Origin: Methanotrichaceae archaeon
GTDB lineage: Archaea; Halobacteriota; Methanosarcinia; Methanotrichales; Methanotrichaceae
Assembly: GCA_963748825.1 (NCBI GenBank)
Contig: CAVVKN010000009.1
Coordinates: 160,001 to 224,000, forward strand
Direction: 5' to 3'
DNA length: 64,000 nt
The translations under genes were made by a program, and so were the position numbers. Below, piece by piece: positions 40,557 to 51,529 of this stretch; position 1 is the stretch's first letter; each line of letters starts with the position of its first letter. The notes below the pieces were generated by a model. That model was not told the DNA's origin, searched no databases, and saw only the letters and a list, made by a program, of their open reading frames with translations.

Positions 40557-42435
40557 ATGTGCGGCATTAACGGATTTACCTGGAAGGATGCGGATCTGAT
40601 AGAGAAGATGAACTTGGTCCTACAGCACCGCGGGCCAGATGATCAGAGCACCTATATCGACGATAAGGTATCTCTGGGCCACTGCAGGCTCGCGATCATT
40701 GACCTCTCCCCTGCCGGAAGGCAGCCCAAGTGCAATGAGGATGAAAGCATCTGGATTGTATTCAATGGCGAGATTTATAACTTCCAGGAGATCAGGCCCC
40801 TCTTGGAGAAGGCAGGCCACCGCTTCTCATCCAATTCCGACACAGAGGTCATAATTCATGCCTATGAGGAGTGGGGAACTGGCTGCGTGGAGAGGTTCAA
40901 CGGCATGTGGGCCTTTGCCATTTACGATAAGAATATGGGAACAATCTTCTTCTCTCGTGATCGGTTCGGTGTAAAACCGTTCTATTTCTGCCAAGATGAA
41001 AAAGGCCTGATCTTCTCCTCAGAGATCAAGGGCATCTTGCAGCACTCCATAAGTAGAATTCCCAATGATAAAGTAGTATACGATTTCCTGATATTAGGCT
41101 TTGTGGACCATTCGCCAGAGACGTTCTTTCAGGGCATTAACAGGCTTATGCCAGGTGAGAGCATGATATATGACCTCTCCGAAGGCACGACGAAGAAATT
41201 TAGGTGGTATGATCTGGACGGGAGGCTGTCGGCGACCCAGAGGATTTCGGAAGAAGATGCGGCAAAGAGGATACATGAGCTGTTTGAGGATAGTGTGCGC
41301 TATCGTCTTATCTCCGATGTGCCTGTGGGCTCCTGCTTGAGCGGTGGCATCGACTCTTCTTCCATTGTCCACGCCATGAGAAAAAACAGCGAGAAGAGTG
41401 AGATAAAGACCTTCTCTATGGTCTTTCCCGGCAAAAAGCAGGATGAATCCTCGTTTATAAATGAGGTGGTGGCAGCCGCAAAAGTCGAGGCGCACAAGGT
41501 AAGCCCGACCTCAGATGATCTCTTGAAGGATCTGAATGATTTGATCTGGACGCAAGAGGAACCATTCGGATCCTTGAGCATCTACGGGCAGTATAAAGTG
41601 ATGCAGCTGGCCAATAGAAGCGGCATGAAGGTGCTGCTGGACGGCCAGGGTAGCGATGAGATTTTTGCTGGATATTTTATATATTATAAGTACTACCTTT
41701 TTGAGTCTCTGCTCCATCTCCGAATGGGGGAAGCTATAGAGACGGCAAAGAGGATGAAAAGCAAGCTCCAGGACATGGTGCTTTTTCCGGCCATGACATT
41801 GCTCAGCAATCTGGGGCTTTCACAGGGAATACTTCAGAACCTGTGGCTTTCTCGATTGAAGTACCTGAAAGGGTTTGATAAAGTTGTGCTGGCCAATCCG
41901 CTGACAGAGAGGGGCTTTGATTTGAACCGGGCACTACATAGCGATCTGACCCGTTACAGCATTCCACAACTGCTCAGGTACGAGGACAAGAACTCCATGC
42001 GCTGGTCCATAGAGTCTCGTGTGCCGTTTCTCGATTACCGGCTGGTGGAACTGGCCATGTCACTTCCCTCCGGCTACAAGATTAAAAAGGGAACGACCAA
42101 ATACATCCTGAGAAAAGCGATGAAAGGACTGGTATCGGAAAGGATACTGGGGAGGAAGGACAAGATAGGCTTTGCCACACCTGACGAATCCTGGATGAGG
42201 TCTTCAGATTTTGCTTTGCTTATGGAAAAGCTGATCAATTCAGAGGAGTTCAAGGTCAGGAAGTACTGGAAAGCAGAATTAGTAATGGGTGGTTCTGCGT
42301 ACTGGAGCCAGGAAGAAGTTGCTTGCGGAACACACGAGCGGCAAGAAAAATCACGAGGAAACGCTGTGGAGAATAGTGAGCATTGAGATGTGGCTTAGAA
42401 TATTCATAGATTCGCCAAAGCACAGGGTGATGTAA
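40557..42435 (+). CDS. asnB: AsnB-family glutamine-dependent amidotransferase; C-terminus shifted by an apparent 28-nt insertion
   Basis: MCGI, HRGPD, RDRFGVKP, LSGGIDSS, DGQGSDE, ESRVPFLD and KIGF motifs. The normal-looking tail KKLLAEH...LWRIVSIEMWLRIF is in another frame ending at 42435. Confidence 0.9.
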
Positions 42436-42466
42436 CACGAAAGAGCTTAGAGACTGCAACCTTCTG

Positions 42467-43651
42467 GTGCTATCCGACAGATACCCGCATGCCAAAGATC
42501 CGATAAGCTCATCTTTCGTAAAAAACCAGATAGAATGCCTGAAAGATTACGTAAAAAAAGTATACGTCATATCTCTTGCGCCTTTTGTGCCAAAGTTTCT
42601 CTCCCACTTTGACTTTATGGATAGCAAAGGACGGTGGGATGGCTATGCAGAGGACTACAAATATGATAATGTAGAAGTATATTTTGCCAGGCCTTGGGCG
42701 CTGCCTCTTGAATTTTCCCGGAAGCGAAGAGGGGATGACGGACTGAGAAGCGCAAAACGAGTGATAGAAAAAAATGAATTAGATTTCGATCTGATTCATG
42801 CCCATTTCACCTTCCCATCAGGATATGTCGGTGCAAAAATCAAGGAGTCTTATGGCAAGAGCCTAGTCTTGACCGTTCACGAAGACAGAAACTGGTTTCT
42901 CGGAGAGATCGCATCATGCGAAGAAAGGTTCCTTTATGCCTGGCGAAATGCTGATCGGATAATCAGAGTCAACAGCGCAGATCTCTTAGAGCTTGAGAAG
43001 ATAAATATAGACAAATCAAAGCTGGTCAATATTCCCAATGGCTTTTCTGCAAAGCAGTTCAAACCAATGGATAAGAGAACAGCCAGGGAGCAGTTGGACT
43101 TGCCTCAAGATAAGAAGATACTATTAAATCTTGCGGCACTTGAGATATATAAAGGCCAAGAATATTTAATCCATGCCATGAAAACCGTCGCTGCATCCAA
43201 GAAAGATGTAGCTCTTTACATTATTGGAAAAGGATCTCTCCAAAATTTCCTTCAATTGTTAATAGATCAAAATGGTTTACAGGATAACGTTATTTTAGTG
43301 GGCGGCAACAAATCCGTTGAAGAAATAGTCCTTTGGATGAATTGCTGTGACATCTTTGTATTGCCTAGCTTAAGCGAAAGCTTCGGAATAGTTCAGATCG
43401 AGGCTATGGCTTGCGGAAAACCTGTAGTTGCAACTTGCAACGGTGGCAGTGAGGAGATTATTGTTGATAAGAAATTAGGCATTCTTGTAGAAGCGGGGGA
43501 TGTGAACGGATTGGCAAAGGCTATGCTCAAAGCTCTTGATCGCGATTGGAATGCCGGATATATTTTGAATTATGCGGATCAGTTTAAGTGGAATAATGTT
43601 GCGGAAAGGATTGCAATTTTGTATAAGGATGTATTAGCGGAGCATGGATAA
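42467..43651 (+). CDS. Glycosyltransferase family 4
   Basis: IHAHF, IPNG and PSLSESFGIVQIEAMACGKPVV motifs. Confidence 0.9.
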   Translation: MLSDRYPHAKDPISSSFVKNQIECLKDYVKKVYVISLAPFVPKFLSHFDFMDSKGRWDGYAEDYKYDNVEVYFARPWALPLEFSRKRRGDDGLRSAKRVIEKNELDFDLIHAHFTFPSGYVGAKIKESYGKSLVLTVHEDRNWFLGEIASCEERFLYAWRNADRIIRVNSADLLELEKINIDKSKLVNIPNGFSAKQFKPMDKRTAREQLDLPQDKKILLNLAALEIYKGQEYLIHAMKTVAASKKDVALYIIGKGSLQNFLQLLIDQNGLQDNVILVGGNKSVEEIVLWMNCCDIFVLPSLSESFGIVQIEAMACGKPVVATCNGGSEEIIVDKKLGILVEAGDVNGLAKAMLKALDRDWNAGYILNYADQFKWNNVAERIAILYKDVLAEHG

Positions 43652-43654
43652 ATA

Positions 43655-45166
43655 ATGCCGAAAGACATAATTGACTCCAAATCCCTCTTTGAAAGCAATT
43701 ACACTACAGAGCTAAGGATAGCTTTGCAGGACCGCGGTTTTCAAGAAGTGCTCCAAGGAGAGGTAGGCGTCTTTTCAATCAGGTACTTGTTTATAAATGA
43801 ATATATTAACTACATAACTTTGCTAAAATCAAATCCAAAGTACAAGCCTGTTATTGAACCTTCCAAGAGTTCAAATCTCAGTAAAATACTCACCCTGATA
43901 AAAAGGATCGCAGAAAAAAAAAAGAGAGATCAGGTTGACTTTCTATTCATATCTAGAAACCGGCAGGTGAAAGCAAAGGTAAAGTCAGGCTACTTGAAAG
44001 GAGATTACATTTTTTACAGTGTAATGGATGAGTTAATGAAAAGTCATCCTGAATGTAGACTCCAGATGTATATCATCGATGATAGCTACGATAAATATTA
44101 TTTTGCAGCTTTGCCGGACATCACACGGTCGATGCATATCACCATCAAGAGTTCCCTAAAATGGATTCTTTTTAAGAGGAACATTTTGAAAAGACTTGAG
44201 GCTATAAACTGCAACCATGTGGCATCGACTGCATCCTATTTTTTCCACCCAAGAATTTTCCTGCGAATCGCGTTAATGGGATACAGCATGGCAAATATGC
44301 TTTCTATGATGAGGCCCAAGGTGATAGCATCAAATGATGATTGCATGTATACCAGGCCTCTGAATAACGACGCTAAAATAGTTATACTTCAATCTGCGAG
44401 GATGGCAGATTATTTAGAAGAGTGCAAGGAATTCATCTTTCAAGAACAACGCATCATACCGGATTTCTTTTTATCCTCGGGCCGAGTCTTCGCAAAACTG
44501 AAAGAAAGATACAATGAAGCAGAAAATGTATTGATTACGGGCCTTCCTAGATACGATGTTCTAGGCTATGCCTCTGAGATATATTCAAAAACGGAATTTT
44601 TGAAAATGCATAAAATAGATCCCGATAGCAAAATAGTCCTTTGGACCACTCAGTGCCATGCATTAAGTGAGGAAGAGAATACCGCAAACTATCAGGCGGT
44701 ATTCGGCGTCATGAAGGATCTTCGGGGCATCACCATGATCATAAAGCAGCATCCGGCCGAGGGAGAAAGGTACACAGAGATAATTAGACGTTACATTGAA
44801 GATTGCCAAATAAATTGCTTTATTGCTCCCAGGAATTCGGACACCTATGAACAGCTTTTCATCTGCGACCTGGTTATTGCCAAAGCTTCTACTACAGTTA
44901 TGGAAGCAGTGGCCCTGAATAAGCCGGTAATAATTTTAAATCTCAGCGGGGAATCAGATCCTGTGGAGTATGTTCAAGAAGGCGTGGCCTTAGGCATATA
45001 TACCAAAGATGATCTGAAAGACGGCATTTTGAAGCTGCTGGCTGATGATTCAGAACTTGCTTTGAATCGGTCCAGGTATGTGGAAGACTATCTTTGCAAA
45101 GTAGATGGATTGGCAACAGACAGGGTTGTAAGCCTTCTGATTAAATTAGCAGATATGAGATCATAA
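43655..45166 (+). CDS. GT-B-like surface polysaccharide protein (CDP-glycerol glycerophosphotransferase/sialyltransferase-like C-terminus)
   Basis: TGLPRYD, IKQHPAE, STTVMEAVALNKPVI and DGLATDRV motifs. Confidence 0.65.
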   Translation: MPKDIIDSKSLFESNYTTELRIALQDRGFQEVLQGEVGVFSIRYLFINEYINYITLLKSNPKYKPVIEPSKSSNLSKILTLIKRIAEKKKRDQVDFLFISRNRQVKAKVKSGYLKGDYIFYSVMDELMKSHPECRLQMYIIDDSYDKYYFAALPDITRSMHITIKSSLKWILFKRNILKRLEAINCNHVASTASYFFHPRIFLRIALMGYSMANMLSMMRPKVIASNDDCMYTRPLNNDAKIVILQSARMADYLEECKEFIFQEQRIIPDFFLSSGRVFAKLKERYNEAENVLITGLPRYDVLGYASEIYSKTEFLKMHKIDPDSKIVLWTTQCHALSEEENTANYQAVFGVMKDLRGITMIIKQHPAEGERYTEIIRRYIEDCQINCFIAPRNSDTYEQLFICDLVIAKASTTVMEAVALNKPVIILNLSGESDPVEYVQEGVALGIYTKDDLKDGILKLLADDSELALNRSRYVEDYLCKVDGLATDRVVSLLIKLADMRS

Positions 45167-45224
45167 AATAAGGAGTAAATAAATCCAAGGATAAAGAATG
45201 GATTTCAATGCAGGGTGTCATATT

Positions 45225-46298
45225 CTATCGCCAGCTCAGCATATCCAAAGTCAGAGGTGTACCCTTAGCCAAGTCATGGGCAACGCGCCTGCCAAGCACG
45301 TCCTTCAAATGCCTTGGGTGAAGGCCGTAGCCGGGACGTACTGACCGGACATTTTCGGATGTTAAAATCTCTCCCTCTTTAACATCCTTTGCAATAAAGA
45401 GAGATTTTCGGAAGACTCTGCACTCGCCCTCCCGCGCGCTGACGCCGTAGTGCACTTTCCCTAAGGCCTTCTCAGCTACACGTATGGCTTTGACCATGCC
45501 GGCAAACTCCTGCGGCTCAAGGGAAAAAGCATTGTCCGGACCGGGCTTGGACCTGGAAAGGGTAAAATGCTTTTCGATTATGCATGCACCCATACAGACC
45601 GCGGCCACGGGCACCTCTATGCCCAGTGTGTGGTCCGAGAGGCCCACCGGCAAGCTGAATGCCTCCGCGAGGTGGGGAATGGTGCGCAGGTTCATCTCCT
45701 CTACAGGGGCAGGATAGGCGCTGGTGCATTTGAGTAGGGCAATCTCTTTTGCTCCGGCCCCGCGCGCCGCTTGCACCGCCTCTTCTATTTCTCCCAAGGT
45801 GGCCATGCCTGTGGAAATAATCAAGGGCTTGCCGGTGGCCGCCATCTTCTCGATGAGAGGGATATCTACGATTTCAAAGGAGGCAATCTTGTGCACGGGA
45901 GCAGACAGCTCTTCCAGGAAATCTACGGCCGATGGATCAAAGGCCGTGGAGAATATATCCATTTCCTGCGCTCTCGCCTCTTCAAACAATCTTGCATGCC
46001 ATTCCCATGGGGTATAAGCCTCGCCGTAGAGATCGTAAAGGAACTTGCCCCCCCAAAGGCTCCCCTTGCCAATGCGGAAAAGCTCACTGTGGCAGTCTAT
46101 TGTTATGGTGTCGGGGGTATAGGTCTGCAGCTTGACGGCATCCGCACCGGCTTGCTTTGCCGCACGAATTAGTTTTACCGCCTCATCGTAGCTCTGGTTA
46201 TGGTTGGCCGATATCTCGGCAATAATGTAAACCCGCTGCCCTACGCCAATAATTCTGCCTGCTATGTTCACGAAAGACATTTTCATCGCCTGCTGCAT
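45225..46298 (-). CDS. pseI: Pseudaminic acid synthase (NeuB family)
   Basis: IIAEISANHN, KLQTYTPDT, KIASFE, GLSDHT, IEKHF and a C-terminal SAF/AFP-like domain (RPGYGLHP). Confidence 0.92.
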   Translation of the reverse strand: MQQAMKMSFVNIAGRIIGVGQRVYIIAEISANHNQSYDEAVKLIRAAKQAGADAVKLQTYTPDTITIDCHSELFRIGKGSLWGGKFLYDLYGEAYTPWEWHARLFEEARAQEMDIFSTAFDPSAVDFLEELSAPVHKIASFEIVDIPLIEKMAATGKPLIISTGMATLGEIEEAVQAARGAGAKEIALLKCTSAYPAPVEEMNLRTIPHLAEAFSLPVGLSDHTLGIEVPVAAVCMGACIIEKHFTLSRSKPGPDNAFSLEPQEFAGMVKAIRVAEKALGKVHYGVSAREGECRVFRKSLFIAKDVKEGEILTSENVRSVRPGYGLHPRHLKDVLGRRVAHDLAKGTPLTLDMLSWR

Positions 46299-46327
46299 AT
46301 TTGGAAGGTGATTAGCTAATCAGATCC

Positions 46328-47828
46328 TCATTGTCTATCTATCATATAGTGCCGGGCTCTAATTCCGTTGATGGTAGTTGGGCCTATTTCGGAAAAGCCC
46401 GCTCTTTCGAATACTTTCGCTGATCGATGGTTTTGCGGCTTTATAAATGCGCTCACTTTGAAAATGCTGCATCTCTTAAGCATCTCATCTATAGCCCTGA
46501 TAATAATAAAACCTGCCAGCCCTTGTCCTCTCATATTTGGATCAAGGTTTATGCTTATTATTGCTTCATCTCCGTCAAGATCAAAGCGAACCATACCCAG
46601 AGATTTTCCCTTGTCATCGCTGCAAAAAAGCAATAGGCAATTGGAGTCCTGAAGTCGCTGCGAGAACCAATTGCGATGCGTATCCCATTCGATGGGACCA
46701 GAATTGAATGAGGCAGCTCGCGTATCTTCATCATTGGCCCATTTATATATCTGCTCGCAGTCGCTTTCAACTGCTTTCCGGACCTTGATGACTTTCCTCA
46801 AAATAGCCTCGATAACCCTAGTAGTTCCCCGCCCGTCCACAAGTTGCCTGCCGATACGAGACATTGAATCTCTAGCCGTGAAATTGACCCGCAAGTCCTC
46901 AACCTTTTTTTGAATACACGCACGACTCAAGTCATGATGCCAACCAAGGTTTGTTGCCGCGTGGATCTCTGCAAACTTTTCTGCAACCTGAACTTGATTT
47001 GCCGCGATTATTACAATCAGGCTAGGTAAACCCATGAACGCCGTCTCATAAGATGTGGTGCCCCCTGATATTATGGCCATATCCGCCCATGACATGAGTT
47101 CCGGCATATTCGAGGCATTCCTAACATGGCGGACAGGGACTTGTGACAGTTTTGCTGCCGCCTGCAATGCGGTATTGTGATTATTGCCTACTCCTACCAC
47201 TACTACCACTTCTATTCCATTAGCAGTTAGGCTTCGCAGTGAGCTTAAAATCTTTAAAGTTACATTGTCGGGATCGCTGCCACCCAAAGTGACCAGTATC
47301 TTGCAGGCTTTGTCTGGATTCTTCCTTATCCGATTGCGCCAGGACAAAAATTCCCTGCGCAGAAGAACAAAGGACGATCCAAGCAGAAGCTTAGTTTTAA
47401 AATCTCGATCTTTATAAAGCTCTTCTTGGGCATAGATATTTTGGTTCAAAACCAAATCAGCCGAGTAGAATTCGGCATGTCCATAATCATCGATGAAGAG
47501 TGAATGCAGTCTTGCCTTCTTTAGACTCATTTGATATTCTGAACAGAATTGATAGCCGTCCACCACCACGAAGCAGGCATTTTGCGAAATTGCCAGATCG
47601 ACGGTTAGAGCTGCGTCTTTTTCACTGCCAGGTTCAGCAATGATATGATGAACTGCTAAAACCGTCTCCCATCAAACGACGCTCAATTTCCGGCATTTCT
47701 CCAGCCATGGCAAAAATCGCACTTCCTCCGGCATCCTTCCATGCCAGGGCTAGGGCCAGGCAGCGCATGACGTGGCCGGTTCCCATCTCCTGGCTGGCAT
47801 CTGCCCGAATTAGCAGTGTTGGGACCAT
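46328..47828 (-). CDS. pseG: PseG-type UDP-sugar hydrolase fused to a C-terminal GNAT (PseH-like) domain; frameshift near 47657
   Basis: N-terminal RADAS..GTGHVMRCLALA (ORF 47634..47837), then VVDGY, GGSDP, NMPELM, GGTTSYE and DGRG, then GNAT motifs RGQGLA and NHRSAKVFERAGF. Confidence 0.85.
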
Positions 47829-47830
47829 TC

Positions 47831-48563
47831 TCAGCACTCCTCCAGAGACTTCTGACGTATGTGACGGTTTACTTCAGCCAAATTTGGCTCTCTCTTGAAG
47901 AGTTCCAGCACATCTCTCCACGAGAAAAGGTCGTCTCGGTCGATCTTCGCGTAGACGGCTCGAATAAGGGCCAGATCCTCACTGGTGTCAACTGTCCATC
48001 GGTAATGACTCCAGTTCTTATCCCCGCTTACCGAGATGTATTCTGAACTGATCTGGATGCAGATAGATGTAAGGCGTTACGTGCACGTGCTGGAAATCCA
48101 TGGAGGCTTCACACCATGCTTTTTTTAGGGCGTCAAAGGCGAAGACCTCCACATCCAGGCCGCGAGGATATGTACTCTCAATGGTATTGCTGGCATAGTC
48201 CGGGCAGTTATCTAAAAAGGCCTGCACGACACGATCGATAATTTCCGGATCGATGAGCGGGCAGTCCGAAGTTATACGCACTATGAGGTCTGCGGAAAAA
48301 GCCCTGGCTGCCTGATAGTATCGATCAAGAACGTCATCTTCCGAGCCCCGGAAGCAAGAGATGCCCAACGAATCGCACTCAGAGACTATGACATCATCGG
48401 CTTTTTTCTCGGTGGTTGCCACAACCAACTTGTCAATTAAGGCAGAGCGCAACGCCCGCCGGACTACTCTGGCCAGCATGGTCCTGCCATGAAGGTCCTT
48501 TAGAGCTTTGCCCGGCAGGCGAGTACTCCCCATGCGGGCCTGGACTATGGCTACGATTTTCAT
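47831..48563 (-). CDS. SpsF/PseF-type cytidylyltransferase; frameshift near 48040
   Basis: QARMGSTRLPGK, RGSEDDVLDRY, RITSDCP, PRGLDVE and HVTPY. A shifted frame continues YRWTVDTSEDL to a stop at 47831. Confidence 0.85.
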
Positions 48564-48564
48564 A

Positions 48565-49208
48565 TCAGTAATTCTTTTTCAAGAGAAACATGGCATCTAT
48601 ATTTTCATTTCCTAGATATTTGATGCGCTCTTCTTTTACAAGAGTCAGATCATTAAACAGATCTACGTACTTTTTCGCAAAATCTGCCTTCCAAAGAAGA
48701 TTGCTTTTACCTCGATAAGGGATATCTTTGGTCTCGTCCGAATAGTACTCAAAGCCAAAGATGTATTTCTTTGTGCACCTATGAATCTCCCTTAGGACAC
48801 ATGGCAAATTATTTGGATCTATGTGGATGAGGACGCCGGAAGTGAAGACCATATCAAAATAGCCATCCTTGAAGGGTATATCGGATGCATCCCCCTGAAT
48901 GATGTTGATATTCTTGCTTTTCGATTTAGAGATCTCGACGGCATAGCTTTGCAGTTCAATGCCGTAAAGGGCCCCAAAGCCCATCCTTTGCAGACTGAGG
49001 AGCTGATTGCCGACATTTGATCCTACCTCCAAAATCCTCATTGAGCGATCCAGATTATCCAGAAATCTCCGATTCAGCTCCGTCCTGGTTAATCCATAAT
49101 TCCTGGTGTAAAGCTCCTCCATCTCCTCGATGGATTGGGGATTTCGTTCGGTGTACTCACGACCAAAGGCTCCACTCCACTCCGAAGCCTGATCTGTTTT
49201 TTTATCAT
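48565..49208 (-). CDS. Pseudaminic-acid-biosynthesis-associated methyltransferase; frameshift in an A7 run near 49200
   Basis: EWSGAFGREYTERN lies in frame upstream of ORF 48565..49122; ILEVGSNVG, FTSGVLIH and LWKADF motifs. Confidence 0.82.
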
Positions 49209-49247
49209 TTCGTTTACCTGCCTCTGAACCGGAGTTTATTTAACAAC

Positions 49248-50457
49248 TCAAATCGCATAATGCCCAAACACCTTCTCTATCGCATCGATTACGTTTTCTG
49301 CATCCTGATCAGTCATGCCATGGAACATGGGCAAGGATATAAGTGTCTCATAAGCTGCCTCTGCAACAGGATACTCGCCGCCATGATAGCCAAAGCGTTG
49401 ACGGTAAAAGGGATGAGTATGAACTGGGATATAGTGGACGTTTACGCCTATGTTCTCAGCCCGCAGAGCAGCAAAGATCTCTGCCCGTCCGGCACGAAAA
49501 GATGATTGATCAAACCGGATCGGATACAGATGCCAGGCAGGAAGACACATCTTTTCTTACCGTCGGCAATATGATCCCAGGAATGTCTTTTAATGCTGCA
49601 TTATAGCACGCGGCTATCTCTCGCCTGCGAGAGAGGTTCTGATCCAGCTTCTTTAGCTGCGACAGACCCAGAGCACAACCGATATCTGTGAGACGATAAT
49701 TGTAGCCCAGATCCACCATCTCATAATACCACTGCCCTTTTGCCTGGCGCTGCCGGGCATCGCCCTCTATCCCATGATTGCGAAAACGCCGCAGCCTTGC
49801 TGCCATCTCATCATCATCGGTGGTAACCATGCCGCCTTCTCCTGTGGTGATGTGCTTGACAGGATGAAAGCTGAAGACGGTCATATCACAAATCCCGCCC
49901 ACCGGTCTTCCTTTATGTTCTGCACCAAGGGCGTGGCAGGCATCCTCGATTACTATGAGGTCCTTCTCCTCCGCCAGCTCCCGAATAGGATCGAGATCAG
50001 CCGGATGGCCGGCATAATCCACCGGTATGATGGCCTTCGTTTTTTCCGTTATGCGGCTTGCCACGTCTTCCGGATTAATGTTTAAAGTATCGGCAGTAAC
50101 ATCGGCAAATACAGGTGTTGCTCCCTGGTAGAGAATGCAATTAGCAGTAGCGCAGAAGGTCATGGGCGTGGTGATGGCCTCGTCGCCCGGCTGCAGGCCG
50201 GCGGCATAGGCCGCACCGTGCAGGGCGGCAGTGCCGGAGCTGAAGGCAACCGCGTGCTTTGCGCCTACGCGACCAGCAAAGGCTTCCTCAAATTCGATGA
50301 CCTTGGGGCCAGTAGTGATCCAGTCGGATTGAAGGACTCGAACTACTGCTTGAATGTCCTCTTCATCGATGCTCTGATGTCCATAGGGCAGAAAAGTCTG
50401 GCGCACCGGCCTTCCGCCCTCTATCGCCAGCTTTTCTTCACTCTTCGCCCTCGCCAA
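49248..50457 (-). CDS. pseC: UDP-4-amino-4,6-dideoxy-N-acetyl-L-altrosamine transaminase; frameshift near 49545
   Basis: LPYGHQSI, EDACHALG, SFHPVKHITTGEGG and GYNYRLTD; continues AWHLY..VHYIPVH..ISLP in ORF 49248..49550. Confidence 0.88.
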
Positions 50458-51418
50458 GCCGTCTCAACTCCTCCACGGATAACCACTCTTCGTTGGTGTC
50501 ACTGGAATAGCTTGAGCCTTCTTCCATCCTCTTGGAGCCCGCCCAGTTCTCCACCTTCCACCAGGGATGAGTAGGCATGATCACGTACTTATCATCCAGC
50601 ACAACGGCATGGCGAGCCTCATCTTCAGAGACAAGAACCTCATGCAGCTTCTCTCCGCCCCTAATGCCGATGTAGTTTACGGCACATCCGGGTGCCATCG
50701 CTTCCGTCAGATCCATGATCTTGGAGCTGGGAATCTTGGGCACGAATATCTCGCCGCCGTGCATATCTTCTGTGCATCGCATCACAAACCTAACGCCTCG
50801 ATTGAGGGTGATCCAAAACCTGGTCATGCGAGGATCTGTGACCGTGACTGTTCCACACTCGCGTTGTTTCTTGAAGAGGGGCATGACGCTGCCACGACTG
50901 CCAACAACATTTCCATAGCGGCATACAGAAAACTTGGTGCCTCCAACGCCAGAATAGGCATTGGCCTGGACGAACATCTTCTCGGCGCATAGCTTGGTCG
51001 CACCATAAAGATTGATGGGATTGACGGCTTTATCCGTGCTAATGGCCATGACCTTTTTTACACCGCGATCAATGGCCGCATCTATCACATTCTTGGCACC
51101 TATGATATTGGTCTGAACTGCTTCGAAGGGATTATATTCGCAAGCAGGTACCTGCTTTAGAGCTGCGGCATGTATCACCACATCAACTTTATTGAACGCT
51201 CTGTAAAGGCGCTCTTTGTCTCTTACATCGCCAATGAAGTAACGCACCGGAGAGTCTCCCGTGTCGGGAAATATCTGGCGCATCTCATGCTGTTTGAGCT
51301 CGCCTCTGCTGAAGATTACCAGCCTCCTGGGGCTGTATTCGCGAAGCATTATCTCAGTGAACTTCCTGCCGAAAGAGCCTGTTCCGCCCGTGACCAGGAT
51401 ATTAAGATCGTCGAACAT
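50438..51418 (-). CDS. pseB: UDP-N-acetylglucosamine 4,6-dehydratase (inverting)
   Basis: TGGTGSFG, HAAALKQVP, STDKA, YGATK, RYGNVVGSRGSV and MTRFWI motifs. Confidence 0.93.
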   Translation of the reverse strand: MFDDLNILVTGGTGSFGRKFTEIMLREYSPRRLVIFSRGELKQHEMRQIFPDTGDSPVRYFIGDVRDKERLYRAFNKVDVVIHAAALKQVPACEYNPFEAVQTNIIGAKNVIDAAIDRGVKKVMAISTDKAVNPINLYGATKLCAEKMFVQANAYSGVGGTKFSVCRYGNVVGSRGSVMPLFKKQRECGTVTVTDPRMTRFWITLNRGVRFVMRCTEDMHGGEIFVPKIPSSKIMDLTEAMAPGCAVNYIGIRGGEKLHEVLVSEDEARHAVVLDDKYVIMPTHPWWKVENWAGSKRMEEGSSYSSDTNEEWLSVEELRRLGEGEE

Positions 51419-51529
51419 TGTATTCCCTTTGGATTATTGCAGCACCAGATGTACTAGAAAGTTCTATACGCGACCAGGATTTAAAGTCTTCTTGGTCGTT
51501 GGTTTAATATGGATATATCACGCGCCATT

